64,000 nt of DNA from a virus. Of this stretch, positions 40,101-48,443 are shown piece by piece (the stretch's first letter is position 1; every line of letters begins with the position of its first letter). A program made the translations under genes and the position numbers. The notes beneath the pieces are model-generated. The model did not search any database and was not told the DNA's origin. It saw only the letters and a program-made list of their open reading frames with translations. The stretch is from IMG/VR virus record IMGVR_UViG_3300035666_000005, positions 32,001 through 96,000 of that record; one strand, 5' to 3'.

Positions 40101-43100
40101 CAGGTTTAGTTTCATTAAGAAGCTTTTGTAAAACTTCATTCGTTAATTCTGGAGATCTTTTTGCATCATATATCCCAGGAGCATTATTAAATATTGATCT
40201 TAGTCTTGGACTGATCTTACGAAAATCAATTCCGGCGTTCTGTTTTCTAACTTGATTCTGTAACAATGTTGTAATACCGCCTTCAAAAGCAACACCTACA
40301 GCGCCTTTTGCGGCACCAGCGTTTGGAAGTTCATCGGCAGATTTTAAGAAATTAAAACCACCCAATGACTGACCAAATTGATTAGCTTGTTTTACTAAGA
40401 AATCATCTATCTCTGTATCTAAATCTGGTAGTTGTGATTTAAGTTTGTCTTTATTTATTCCTGCTACTGGAATATTACCTGTATATTGTTGTTTTAAATA
40501 TGTTGCAGTGGCTGGCGCTAATTCATATGGTCCAGAAAGCCCAGGATAAATAAGAGATAAAACTTTTTTACCAAGTTTATTTGGAATTTTATCTAAATTT
40601 CCTAATTGAATTGGAGGGTTTTTTGTTTGGGCAAAATTTGGGATAAAGCCAGAAGCTAAATTTTTAAATGGAGCATAAGATAAAATAATATTTTTTAATT
40701 TTAATTCATCAATAGTTCTATTTTTATATTTACCTCCAGCAGTTTGACCTTCATATTGTAAAGCTTTTGCGATTAATATATTATCTGAAACTTTTCTTTG
40801 TGTTATTTTAGATTCTACTAAATAACTACCCCCCTGTTTTTTGACTAAAAAGTCCGCCCCAAATAAATCACCTTGCTTTTCTGCTACGCGACCTTTAGAA
40901 CCAAAACGTCGCTGGGAATCTATTTCCCCCATTGCCCCTTTAATATTTGTATTATTAGAACGATCTTTTTTGGGGTCTAATAATGTTTGTGGTTTAATTT
41001 TATCTGTAAATTTAGAAATTGGTATTCCGCGATATTGCGAATTTTGGAAAATTGAGGCAACAGAAGAAGGATTTGAAGAAGCTTGATTTCTTATATTTTT
41101 AATAATATTATCTGCTTCTTTAGTATATTCTTTTACATTTTTAGGTAATGGTAATCTTTTTATGTTTGGCCTAAAATATTCATCTTTTATTCCTTTATCT
41201 TTCGAATCTCCAACATTATATAAGTTTTGCAATAACCCTGCGGATCTTGACGCTTGTTTTTGTAAATTAGCAATTGTATCAACCGCGAAATTTGGAATAA
41301 AACCTTTTGCTTTATTTCTATCACTCTTATCTAAAATACTTCCACTTTCGCCATTAGCGATCATCTTTGTCGCTTCTTTAATTCCGTTTCCATATTTTGG
41401 AATTACTGCTGTTTCGCCTGTATTGGCAAAATTTCTTATTTGTAATTCTTGATTATTTGCTTCAAAAGATTTGCCCCCAATTTTTCCTACACCACGAACA
41501 GCCTTAACATTAGATGTAGCTCCTAATACTTTCGCTTGAAACTCTTCAGCAAAATTAGGAATATACCCACCAGCTTTTCCAGGTTTTGAAGTTTTTGCAA
41601 CGGGAACTCCACCAGCAACTGTAACACTACCAGACCGAATAAATTGTGACGCAATTTTTGCAGAAATAGCTTCTTGTTTTTGTAATTCTAAAGTTTGTGC
41701 TCTTAAACTATTTAATAAAATTTCAGCGCCTTTATTTAAACCAGCGCTTCCTTGCTGCATTAATTTAAATAGTTCTGGATTTTTTTGTAAAATTTGTGCT
41801 ACACTTTGCTGTAATTGCTGTTGTTGTTTAGAAGCTGTATTTAAATTTAAAAGTTCTTTTAAACTTCCAGTCGCAAATTTTGCCAAATCTGAAAAAAGTT
41901 TAATAAAAATTCCGCCAATTAGTGCAAGTCCTGGGCCAGCAATTACTTGACCTAATCCATCTAAAATACCTTTTCCTAATGTGGCTCCCACTCCTTGCCC
42001 ATCAGATTCATTAATACCACCAAGAATCTCATTCGTATTACCTACAACCCTATCAAAAGCTGGGCCAAATAATCTCTCACCAATTCCAGCCCCAGCCTGT
42101 TTAGCATTTTCTCTTAAAGCGTTTAATTGGGCAGCGTAAGTTTTATTTAATTCTTCATTACGACGAATAGCTTGGTCAGTAGTAGAGGCAGCGACCTGTA
42201 AAGCGTTATTGTATATAGAATATTCTTTACCTAAGTCTGCCAATGCAGATTTTAAAATGTTAATTTGGAATACGCCGCCAACTTTTTCTGCGACCTCTGC
42301 TTGTTGTAACGTTCCAAGTTGATCGTAAACTTTAGCAAGATCTGTTAATAAATTAATAGTACTTTTAATTTCTCCAGAAGAATCTCTTGTATTAACTCCC
42401 AAGCCTTCTAGTAAATCAACAACTTTAGTTCTTTGAAGTCTTGTGAAAATAGTTTTAAAGGAGTTACCGATTACCGCGCCACCACGAGCAGTTGTTTGTT
42501 GAGCCGAAGTAACAATGGCTATGAGTTCATTTAACGAAACGCCTGATTGAGCCGCACTACTACCAACACGACTAATTGCTTCTGCAAGATCTGCAGAACT
42601 TACCGCAAAAGCTGCATCAACATTAGCAAACTTATTAACAATTTCTGTCGCCGTTACGGCTTGGCTAGCAAAAGAGTTTACTGACGCGGTAAGAGCTTCA
42701 ACACTTTTAGCGGCATCCAATCCACTCAAACGAGAAAGAATTAAGGCCTCGTTAGTTCTTTTTAATGTTTCTGCGACACCCAAACCTTGACGAGAAAATT
42801 CTGTAGCGGCTTTGGCAACTTCTGCGAAACTTTGCCCAGTATTTTTAGCGATACTAAATAAATTAGAACCAAATTTATTTAATTCAGAAGAAGAGACATT
42901 TAAAATAACATTAATATCTGCTAAAGCTTTTTGGGTTTCTATGACAGAGCTGGCTAAAGCAGTAAAAGCTCTTTGTACTCCAAAAATAATTCCAGCACTA
43001 GCACCGAAAGCGATAACACGCGCATTAGAAGCATCTAACGATTTAGTAAATTCATTTACTTTACCAGTAATCCTTCCAAGAGGCTGGTCGCCCCTTGTCT

Positions 43101-43194
43101 TTAAATTAATGTTGTAAGAACGACTAACAAGCTTTTGAATGTCTTTTTCAGCCTGTCTTGTATTTGCGCCTACATCAATATTAATAGCAGCCAT
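34189..43194 (-). CDS. tail tape measure protein (TP901-like core) with multiple inserted cassettes
   Basis: 3001 aa; N-terminal FSRQG...DAAFAVSSADLAEAISRVGSSA...GNSFKTIFTRL core; follows tail tube and chaperones; recurring G[FY][IV]PNFA motifs. Confidence 0.92.
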   Translation of the reverse strand: MAAINIDVGANTRQAEKDIQKLVSRSYNINLKTRGDQPLGRITGKVNEFTKSLDASNARVIAFGASAGIIFGVQRAFTALASSVIETQKALADINVILNVSSSELNKFGSNLFSIAKNTGQSFAEVAKAATEFSRQGLGVAETLKRTNEALILSRLSGLDAAKSVEALTASVNSFASQAVTATEIVNKFANVDAAFAVSSADLAEAISRVGSSAAQSGVSLNELIAIVTSAQQTTARGGAVIGNSFKTIFTRLQRTKVVDLLEGLGVNTRDSSGEIKSTINLLTDLAKVYDQLGTLQQAEVAEKVGGVFQINILKSALADLGKEYSIYNNALQVAASTTDQAIRRNEELNKTYAAQLNALRENAKQAGAGIGERLFGPAFDRVVGNTNEILGGINESDGQGVGATLGKGILDGLGQVIAGPGLALIGGIFIKLFSDLAKFATGSLKELLNLNTASKQQQQLQQSVAQILQKNPELFKLMQQGSAGLNKGAEILLNSLRAQTLELQKQEAISAKIASQFIRSGSVTVAGGVPVAKTSKPGKAGGYIPNFAEEFQAKVLGATSNVKAVRGVGKIGGKSFEANNQELQIRNFANTGETAVIPKYGNGIKEATKMIANGESGSILDKSDRNKAKGFIPNFAVDTIANLQKQASRSAGLLQNLYNVGDSKDKGIKDEYFRPNIKRLPLPKNVKEYTKEADNIIKNIRNQASSNPSSVASIFQNSQYRGIPISKFTDKIKPQTLLDPKKDRSNNTNIKGAMGEIDSQRRFGSKGRVAEKQGDLFGADFLVKKQGGSYLVESKITQRKVSDNILIAKALQYEGQTAGGKYKNRTIDELKLKNIILSYAPFKNLASGFIPNFAQTKNPPIQLGNLDKIPNKLGKKVLSLIYPGLSGPYELAPATATYLKQQYTGNIPVAGINKDKLKSQLPDLDTEIDDFLVKQANQFGQSLGGFNFLKSADELPNAGAAKGAVGVAFEGGITTLLQNQVRKQNAGIDFRKISPRLRSIFNNAPGIYDAKRSPELTNEVLQKLLNETKPGATVQKTSGKAGAAYLKERSAAVDQLRKEGVTGSVAIRQALRDRFGIVGKAAGFIPNFAKTITEARERAIQTEKKAGKGAVLDEYKGMQYVRQPGQSSNFNAMIKKDHPEGLKRAIQNSAASQGLARGFVPNFAPEDTQAADLGSSLGALATQIGFLGFGLQGFGDSYKQSLTELTQKNKEAGRVTGELTKAQKAANTQLVAMGKITGEEAQARGLEGRYGATGGQRAGAAIGAGGIGLTIAAPIIAETIANAIGKETKADRTLGAGASALGQVGSFAGLGAMLAPNPLVGAAIGGSAGALLGLIDVIKQASTDIPELSAAAQKASENLTKINDAGQKVQTSFEQIKQLREAGQGERAGQLEADLLSFIRKEFRDTPELVSGASAAVINQDFISLQKVIGENTNAVLENTLAQQKNLAVTSLVESLPRSTGNISEKQFDKIGENFSDIINITQLDENSINQLSEISRRSLITDGGPTGFATDEANKIFEEFENLLTQTAPLSGLSKSNINDLVAVLKLNPSVGLKLIAELADPANKLKASLEATGRNSGENNKVIALITKTLQTVQSNYAKLARQSQSALDLQLLGESSIRKSGTNIGVSQFETKAVQEELFGITTPAGRADSKTQGELLRIEGDFANTIKDSVGETISLIGSAFLEQQRQSFAALSTIGGDDNAQKNAEANLETAGVLAEAVKQGFDIEQFRSLLDIGDPTTFTGFDVEAKLSEIAQALQIPEGDPEGEKRLDAIREAINKTNQELVKNKAVLIEQKTILANQKFQESLRELITSINSAFGGLQAFINDDISITEGLDKAVANLKIIGEPTGEKGIIEVGRNLQRVVSELSKITGRNLGPELGQNSAVISAIRDARALDIENQLTNVISGLGGVEGEAGREILEGFRRSIAEQIGEPEAAQLSDAELIKRYSKTVATQQVEGENKVGELNQKLIEQAKSSLPPELQKLLGEGGDSALSLLAGDTNKIISLQFSAANKTLEEILKAIQNTQNSADLKIAKFLQDPFSNATLPTEKPVIDRTAPKPELPKTYSSGSIPLEAIPAMIAEKRDVKRGVGGARPSDRPTFIPNFNGAPVVANIGEQLIKNYMGTGEDALLTRDMQRAAKGSLPKLDTTELDKYLDDPRHELESRILSVKTKIKQLTPPVSYLQRVELEQLERELFLLQNPKAEILTKDGVKPNPYFDKDGKYIRRKKKKPEIKNPFKNMAEGFVPKSGISGSSSNQRITSGMGSIMSALDTPEWELYQRISELEYEIPRTPEPGDFGYQDKDYGKKQALRNELFLLKNPKFKPNPYFDKDGKYIRRKKKKPEIIKNPFKNMAEGYIPNFAEGFVPMPEIPYSLIKQANEINQKYKKELDPLTKSKTELNTLVDIFQEEKKKSFYNHMAKRANWDENRSKQAWNNLAELDLTSPERDRRLKEYFGWDPSLYKDNDQLNNLIKERDKTLEKINEIEKSYDKAAEPLVSEFRKTGANASDFLNPRELYNLSTLFYRQKEWNKSRQSDKQMMARDKLAAQRAKERARTEAVIKRTEAVIKRGRETLARSYEMTGDRYEIDEYGGAGTFTVDAQRLGLRGPGAGGTFNIATSTDRAGIKPTTEIRRAERTTQANAKFMLQSLVEAYTQALSGQEGFYNRPTRQSMDQKRALMAKTQEFKRLYEQGRYESLREIYEKHEKNDPVKQAYAEWAKQGIDPNEGYDRAMAYGRDQEALYQRARNESVIDEIVGIPKDQRSQGFIDGRPTREVLAEGRTNRPSDPAYDRAMIAAGLDPKTGSPLNSEQPTYGPGGAGLIDGRPAQEVLREMEKNNANARIKNYSEGFLPKINSFMDEVNAGFAPNEVYQKRQPEVQGLNNPEGMATFNTPQEKNNIAKERMAMANRMYIPNFANSVPEFSAVSVSLGGLTVNEAQTGGKTQDYAKELGSEIEARVGPLITQIKSEMDQKYGRAAEMVASAERQGILPRVAPRTR
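35473..35518. repeat. 21-nt tandem duplication (RTEAVIK x2) in the tape measure
   Basis: TCTTTTAATAACTGCTTCTGT twice. Confidence 0.9.
36111..36545. repeat. about 100-nt direct repeat in the tape measure (36111-36212 and 36447-36545)
   Basis: identical except for a 3-nt indel; encodes KPNPYFDKDGKYIRRKKKKPEI(I)KNPFKNMAEG. Confidence 0.92.
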
Positions 43195-43232
43195 GGTGTA
43201 AATTCCTTTTTCCTAATATTATTATTTACACT

Positions 43233-44255
43233 TTATCTATTTTCACGCGCCTTTAAATACTGTTCTTTTTCTAAAGTTCCTCCAGCTTCTTGAGCCATTT
43301 GCAATAATGTTTTGCCACCTTTTAATTTATCTATCTGTGTGCCCATCTTTTTTAAATCTTCGGATGTAGCTCCAACCGTGCTACTAACCATATTATTGCC
43401 ACCAGTTTTTTTTCTGCTTTTGATAGGAGATCCCTTTTTATCTGGGGTTTGATTTTCTACCCATAAGACAAATTTTTCGGCGTCAGCCACAACATCATCT
43501 GGAACAGGCTTGCCATTTTCTGCGTAATTTCTAATTAAATTCTTATACATTTTACCATATACTAATAAATCAATTTGATATTTAGTGCATAAAACTGTGG
43601 GTTTACCCCAAAAACTATAAGCGTCTTCATTCAAATAAACTAAATTTTGAAAAAATCCAGAAGCCGCGACATGTTTTAAACTCAAAGCGCCAAAAACATT
43701 CGAATACTTGTTAAAAGCCTCTTTTATTTTATCAGAAAAACCGTCTGATAAATTGTAATATTCTTCTTGAGAGAAAGCTTGTTCTGTTAATTCTCGATTT
43801 TTAAAGGTTAAAGCAATGACTGTTTCATCTAAAAATCGTTTTGATGTATAATCTTCTGCCGTAAAGCTTACAATTTCATTACGTTCTTTGGCAAAAGTCA
43901 TTAAAATACCTTGAGTTCTACGAATTTGTTTATCTATGCCTTCCCGCTGAGAAGGGAGAACTAACTTGGATTTTGTTTTGATTAAATTTGTAACGGTCTT
44001 TTTTAATCCCTGTATCTCCATTTCCTTTTCTTTTGACCACCACCCCTCCTCTATGGCTTCTCTAATTTTTTCTTCTTCTGTCGGAAGCCCTTGACGCTGA
44101 ACATCTTTTAAAATTAAATCATAATTATTATAAATACTAAAGTATTCAGAAAAACTAGGATGTTTAAAATAAAATATTTTTTTACTAATCTTTTCTTCTG
44201 AAAAGCCTTTTGCTATTTCATTATAGATACGACCATACTCAAAATCTTTATCCAC
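43233..44255 (-). CDS. putative tail assembly chaperone
   Basis: directly upstream of the tape measure; GTG start; helical and charged. Confidence 0.55.
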   Translation of the reverse strand: MDKDFEYGRIYNEIAKGFSEEKISKKIFYFKHPSFSEYFSIYNNYDLILKDVQRQGLPTEEEKIREAIEEGWWSKEKEMEIQGLKKTVTNLIKTKSKLVLPSQREGIDKQIRRTQGILMTFAKERNEIVSFTAEDYTSKRFLDETVIALTFKNRELTEQAFSQEEYYNLSDGFSDKIKEAFNKYSNVFGALSLKHVAASGFFQNLVYLNEDAYSFWGKPTVLCTKYQIDLLVYGKMYKNLIRNYAENGKPVPDDVVADAEKFVLWVENQTPDKKGSPIKSRKKTGGNNMVSSTVGATSEDLKKMGTQIDKLKGGKTLLQMAQEAGGTLEKEQYLKARENR

Positions 44256-44256
44256 A

Positions 44257-45108
44257 TTATGCTGGAGTTACTGGAGTTGAAGAAACTTCTTCAGTATTGA
44301 TAGTTTCAATTTTTTCAACAACTACTTTTTCTTCAACTGTTTTTTCAGTAGAAACTATTTCAGTTTTTTCTTCGGCTTGGTCTTCAACAACAACTTCTTC
44401 AGATTCTTTAATTAAATTTTGATAAAAACTATCAAAGTCTTCTTCTGTTTCTACTTTACCTAAGAACCATAGAGTAATTAAATAAGTTAAACGTCTTATA
44501 GCGATAAGATTAATATTGTTTTCACTATTTAAATCTTCAAAAATATCATATGAATTTAATTTTTCATCGAAAGTTTCTCCATCAAAAAATGAAACATATT
44601 CACCATTCTTTTCAGTATAAGAAGTAAATAATACCCACCATAAAATGGTACGATTACGGGCTTTCGCTTCCGCAGTGTTCTCAAAAATTGAAATTTGTGA
44701 AGATTCAAAACTTTGAATTTCTTTTCTAATTTCATCTAATTCAATAATAATTTCGTCTGAGCGTTTTTTTTCTGCTTCGGTTCTTTCGCTTTCAGTTTTT
44801 ATTAAAATTGATTGTAATTCAAATGACGCGTCACGAAATTTTAGAAGAAGTTCTCCGTATACTTCTCTTTCTTTTTCACTAATACTTCCCCCGCCATTAG
44901 ATAAAATAGTTCCCCATGCGGCTTTAGGTAAGACCCCAGCTTTGGCAAAACGTGAAACTTCTTTAGCGTAAAATAATTCACCGTCTTCTTTTAGTTTACG
45001 GTTGGGTTTTAATAGGGCAAGCTTGGCTTTTTCTTCTACGGTTTCGCCATTATTTTTATTAACCTTATTGGTTACTTCAAATTTATACATCCACGTTTTG
45101 TTAGTCAT
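44257..45108 (-). CDS. putative tail assembly chaperone
   Basis: between tail tube and tape measure; coiled coil; acidic tail. Confidence 0.55.
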   Translation of the reverse strand: MTNKTWMYKFEVTNKVNKNNGETVEEKAKLALLKPNRKLKEDGELFYAKEVSRFAKAGVLPKAAWGTILSNGGGSISEKEREVYGELLLKFRDASFELQSILIKTESERTEAEKKRSDEIIIELDEIRKEIQSFESSQISIFENTAEAKARNRTILWWVLFTSYTEKNGEYVSFFDGETFDEKLNSYDIFEDLNSENNINLIAIRRLTYLITLWFLGKVETEEDFDSFYQNLIKESEEVVVEDQAEEKTEIVSTEKTVEEKVVVEKIETINTEEVSSTPVTPA

Positions 45109-45117
45109 ATATTTATA

Positions 45118-45342
45118 TTATTTGTTTTTAAGTTTAAAATCAAAATTATCTAATTCTTCTTCTATATTTCTATAGCAGTTATTTCCATGATCAAGAACGC
45201 GTTTACGCATTCTTTGGAATTCCTCATCAGTAATTTTATCTTGATCTTTAAGGTCTTCTAAAGAATAAAGAAAACTTAAATATAATTTTTTTACGTCTCT
45301 ATAAACGCAACCTTTTACAAAGTCATTTAAATCAATATTCAT
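45118..45342 (-). CDS. hypothetical protein (74 aa)
   Basis: ORF with AAGGA before the ATG and a GTGTAA element upstream. Confidence 0.65.
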   Translation of the reverse strand: MNIDLNDFVKGCVYRDVKKLYLSFLYSLEDLKDQDKITDEEFQRMRKRVLDHGNNCYRNIEEELDNFDFKLKNK

Positions 45343-45381
45343 CCTTTACAAACCTTTTACCTATTATTTCTTACACTATAT

Positions 45382-45414
45382 AAAAAAAACGGGCACTCGA
45401 AAGTGCCCGTTTTT
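45382..45414 (-). terminator. rho-independent terminator after the tail tube gene (potentially bidirectional)
   Basis: AAAAACGGGCACT-TTCG-AGTGCCCGTTTTTTTT. Confidence 0.9.
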
Positions 45415-45435
45415 AGATGAATAATTAATTTCTTA

Positions 45436-46539
45436 TTAAGAATTGAAAGAACCGGAAATAAAGACCCCTTTATTTACATCTTGCGGTCCGCCCAACTGTA
45501 CTTCGTAAGAAGCGGTCATTGTAGCATTATCACCGATTGCGCTCGAGAAACTTTGTGAAACAAGTTTAGCGCCTTTGAAAACATAGGCAAGAGCTGTAGG
45601 TTTATTGGCTTCGCAACCAGGTTCTTTCATCAAGATTGTAAATTCTTTTTCTGTTTCTCCGCAAAGAATATCAGCCAAATTACCATTGGCCAAATCTCCG
45701 ACTTCAGCATTAACTTCAAGAGTTGCTGTTACTGGGAAATCAATCTCACGCGAAAAGGCAAAACGATTTCCAAGTTTTTGAAGTGGAGTACGAGAAAGAT
45801 CAAACGAAAGTGTAAAATCTTGTACTTTTAAATCCGCTCCGTCAAAACCTAAAACTTTATTAGAATCTAAACTGAAAATAATATCGCCAGGTTGAAGGGC
45901 TGTAGGAATATCAGCGCCTGTGATACTTTGAGCAAGAGGCAATTTAAAAAATCTATCCGTTAAGTTGGCTCCGTCAACAGGGTTAATAGCGGGAATCACT
46001 TCTTGACCAGTAGCATTTCCATAAACGCGAACATTTAAACCTTCAATTTCAACATCGGCTGTAGGAATTTCGCCAACAGCGGCGCTAACACTATAAGAAG
46101 TTAAGAAACCATTACCTACGCCGATAACACCACTTTTAGATCCAGCGTATCCAGCAGCATCATTACCTTCTTCAACGATTAAAAGATAGTAATTTTTTTC
46201 ATCAGTAGCTTTCGTTAAAAGACCGGAAATACAAGAGCGTAAAGCGGAAGAATCGGTTCCAGTTCCATAAACATTTAAACCAAGATTTGTTTCATTTTGA
46301 CCGTTTGTTAAATAATATGAAAAACTAGCTGTAACGTCAGGATTTTCAACTTCAATACGGTCAATAGCAGCCAAGTTTCCGAATTGGTTTACATCAGTAA
46401 AATTACGAGTAAAATCTTCGTCAAAACTTTGGACACGAGAAAGTTGCTTGATATCATTTGCGCCAGTTTGCATGCCAGTTGCACCAACTTGGCTTGCATA
46501 AAGGGCTAACACATTGTAAATTGTTCTATTTCTTGCCAT
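45436..46539 (-). CDS. major tail (tube) protein
   Basis: RVQSF...DVNQFG, FSREIDFPVTATL; two-domain beta protein; position; followed by a strong terminator. Confidence 0.75.
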   Translation of the reverse strand: MARNRTIYNVLALYASQVGATGMQTGANDIKQLSRVQSFDEDFTRNFTDVNQFGNLAAIDRIEVENPDVTASFSYYLTNGQNETNLGLNVYGTGTDSSALRSCISGLLTKATDEKNYYLLIVEEGNDAAGYAGSKSGVIGVGNGFLTSYSVSAAVGEIPTADVEIEGLNVRVYGNATGQEVIPAINPVDGANLTDRFFKLPLAQSITGADIPTALQPGDIIFSLDSNKVLGFDGADLKVQDFTLSFDLSRTPLQKLGNRFAFSREIDFPVTATLEVNAEVGDLANGNLADILCGETEKEFTILMKEPGCEANKPTALAYVFKGAKLVSQSFSSAIGDNATMTASYEVQLGGPQDVNKGVFISGSFNS

Positions 46540-46581
46540 ACTTATAATTACATTACATTCTTAAAGAAGACACTGTTTTTT

Positions 46582-47433
46582 TTAATAAATTCTTGGGTTT
46601 CTTATATCTGAAAGTTCAAAATCTATAAGTGCCGCAACACATTTTTTATTAATTTTTGCATTATCAATTTCGTCTAATTTGGACACTGTTACACGGTCGA
46701 TATGTACTAAATTGTAACGTGGTTGATTTTTACATAATTCTACATAATTAAAATTATTACCAGTTTTAAAATCACCAAAATAATTAAAAGGGAAATCATT
46801 GGGGCTTAATACTGGAAATACTTTTCTAGCGCTATCACTTAATACGGAAATAAGCCCGTCAAGAGAAAAACTATTAGAAGCTAATACAATACAACGAACC
46901 ATTGTTTGAGTAGAATCTTCGCCGCCAAAAGCAAAAGGAACGTTTTCCCCCATCCGGTGTTTAATAAAAATACAAGGATATGGTGTATCTAAATAACCTA
47001 AAGCGCCAGTTACTTGTGTGACTTTTGGAGTAATATTATAAGCTTTTTCAAAAAGTAATTTTTCTTCACGCTCGTCTGTATAATAAATGCTGTACTCCTT
47101 AAAACTATAACGAGCAGTTACATTATTAAAATTAATTCCATTATTTAAAATTGCACGACCCTTATTAAAATCAATATTTAAGCCACTAACCCCACGAGCC
47201 ATATAATTTCCATTTACAAAAACTCCTGAAGGAATATTTACACTTGGAACGCTACTATCATAAACCCATTGACGAAATGGCGCCCCATAAACAGAATTAT
47301 TTGGAAAATTTGGATCTGGAGAATTATAAAGTTTTCCACTATAATTTATGAATGCCTCGCCGCGAGTTAAGATTTCATGGTCTAGCCATAAATAAAAACT
47401 AGACATTAAATTTGTAATATAAGCCGCTTTCAT
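46582..47433 (-). CDS. putative tail terminator/completion protein
   Basis: synteny; PYPCIFI...PFAFGG. Confidence 0.55.
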   Translation of the reverse strand: MKAAYITNLMSSFYLWLDHEILTRGEAFINYSGKLYNSPDPNFPNNSVYGAPFRQWVYDSSVPSVNIPSGVFVNGNYMARGVSGLNIDFNKGRAILNNGINFNNVTARYSFKEYSIYYTDEREEKLLFEKAYNITPKVTQVTGALGYLDTPYPCIFIKHRMGENVPFAFGGEDSTQTMVRCIVLASNSFSLDGLISVLSDSARKVFPVLSPNDFPFNYFGDFKTGNNFNYVELCKNQPRYNLVHIDRVTVSKLDEIDNAKINKKCVAALIDFELSDIRNPRIY

Positions 47434-48011
47434 TATTTAGCCCCCAGTCTTGTAAGAAATTTATTATACATATCACTAAAATATCTTACATTTCTAAACC
47501 TACGATTTGAATAATTATATTTACTTTGAATACCACCACCAGAACGCGAATTCGCAAAACGGCCATATAAGTAGGCTCCCAATCCAGAAATTCCACGCTC
47601 AATATCTAATAACCAGCTACGACCACCCTCCCAAGGTAAACGACTGATTACAGCAAATTCTTCTTTTGATGGGATATTTACTTTAAATTGGAATGTAGTC
47701 CCTTTATTTTTAATAAAATTACCCAAATTAATTTTTTGTATTAATAATTTTACTGGACCTGTTGGGTTTGACCCATTATTAAAACCTAGAAAAGAAAATA
47801 AATTACCATAACCACCAAGAGTTCCTGATATATTAGATGCATTCTCTCCTCCGTCAAGTTCTTGTGTTACTGGGTGCGATTCAAACTCGGCTCTAAATAA
47901 AGCTTTTTCTTTTTCTACTTCTTTCTGAACAATATTTCTAACCATTCTTTGTACAGAGCGGCTTTCCAATATTTGTTTTTGAATAAGCTTTTTGTTAATT
48001 TTTCCAGCCAT
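47433..48011 (-). CDS. putative neck protein
   Basis: basic protein, synteny in the head-tail block. Confidence 0.5.
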   Translation of the reverse strand: MAGKINKKLIQKQILESRSVQRMVRNIVQKEVEKEKALFRAEFESHPVTQELDGGENASNISGTLGGYGNLFSFLGFNNGSNPTGPVKLLIQKINLGNFIKNKGTTFQFKVNIPSKEEFAVISRLPWEGGRSWLLDIERGISGLGAYLYGRFANSRSGGGIQSKYNYSNRRFRNVRYFSDMYNKFLTRLGAK

Positions 48012-48442
48012 TACTCGCTCTCCTTAAAAAATAATGTATAAAAATCAATATTAAATAATCCATGAGGACGATTTGTACCAAGGGCTTGAACTGGACGACC
48101 ATCAATTTCAATACGTTCGGCATCACTAATAAAATCTACAAAATCTTTTTTCGCCTTAATGCGGCAAATATTACCACGAACTTCTTCACGAATTTCTGGA
48201 AATCCACCCATTTTAGATGGATCTTGCCACTGAATGCGGCAATCAAATTTTCCGCTTACTGGAATATAAGTAATCTCAATTGATTCTTGTTCATTATATA
48301 GAAAATTGTAATTAGGATCGCTTGAAACAACTATCCGCTCTGGAGTTTTCCATGCCATAACGGGACGTGCAAACGTGTCATGCAAATTATTGAATTCATT
48401 TGCCAATGATAATTTTTCCGCATCTGAAACAAAACTTGGCAT
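48011..48442 (-). CDS. putative head closure protein
   Basis: 143-aa beta protein, synteny. Confidence 0.5.
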   Translation of the reverse strand: MPSFVSDAEKLSLANEFNNLHDTFARPVMAWKTPERIVVSSDPNYNFLYNEQESIEITYIPVSGKFDCRIQWQDPSKMGGFPEIREEVRGNICRIKAKKDFVDFISDAERIEIDGRPVQALGTNRPHGLFNIDFYTLFFKESE

Positions 48443-48443
48443 A

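Noticed and set aside
43233-45108. Programmed -1 frameshift between tail chaperones
   Set aside because: The downstream ORF is in the +1 frame, has its own GTG start, and no convincing slippery heptamer was found near the junction.
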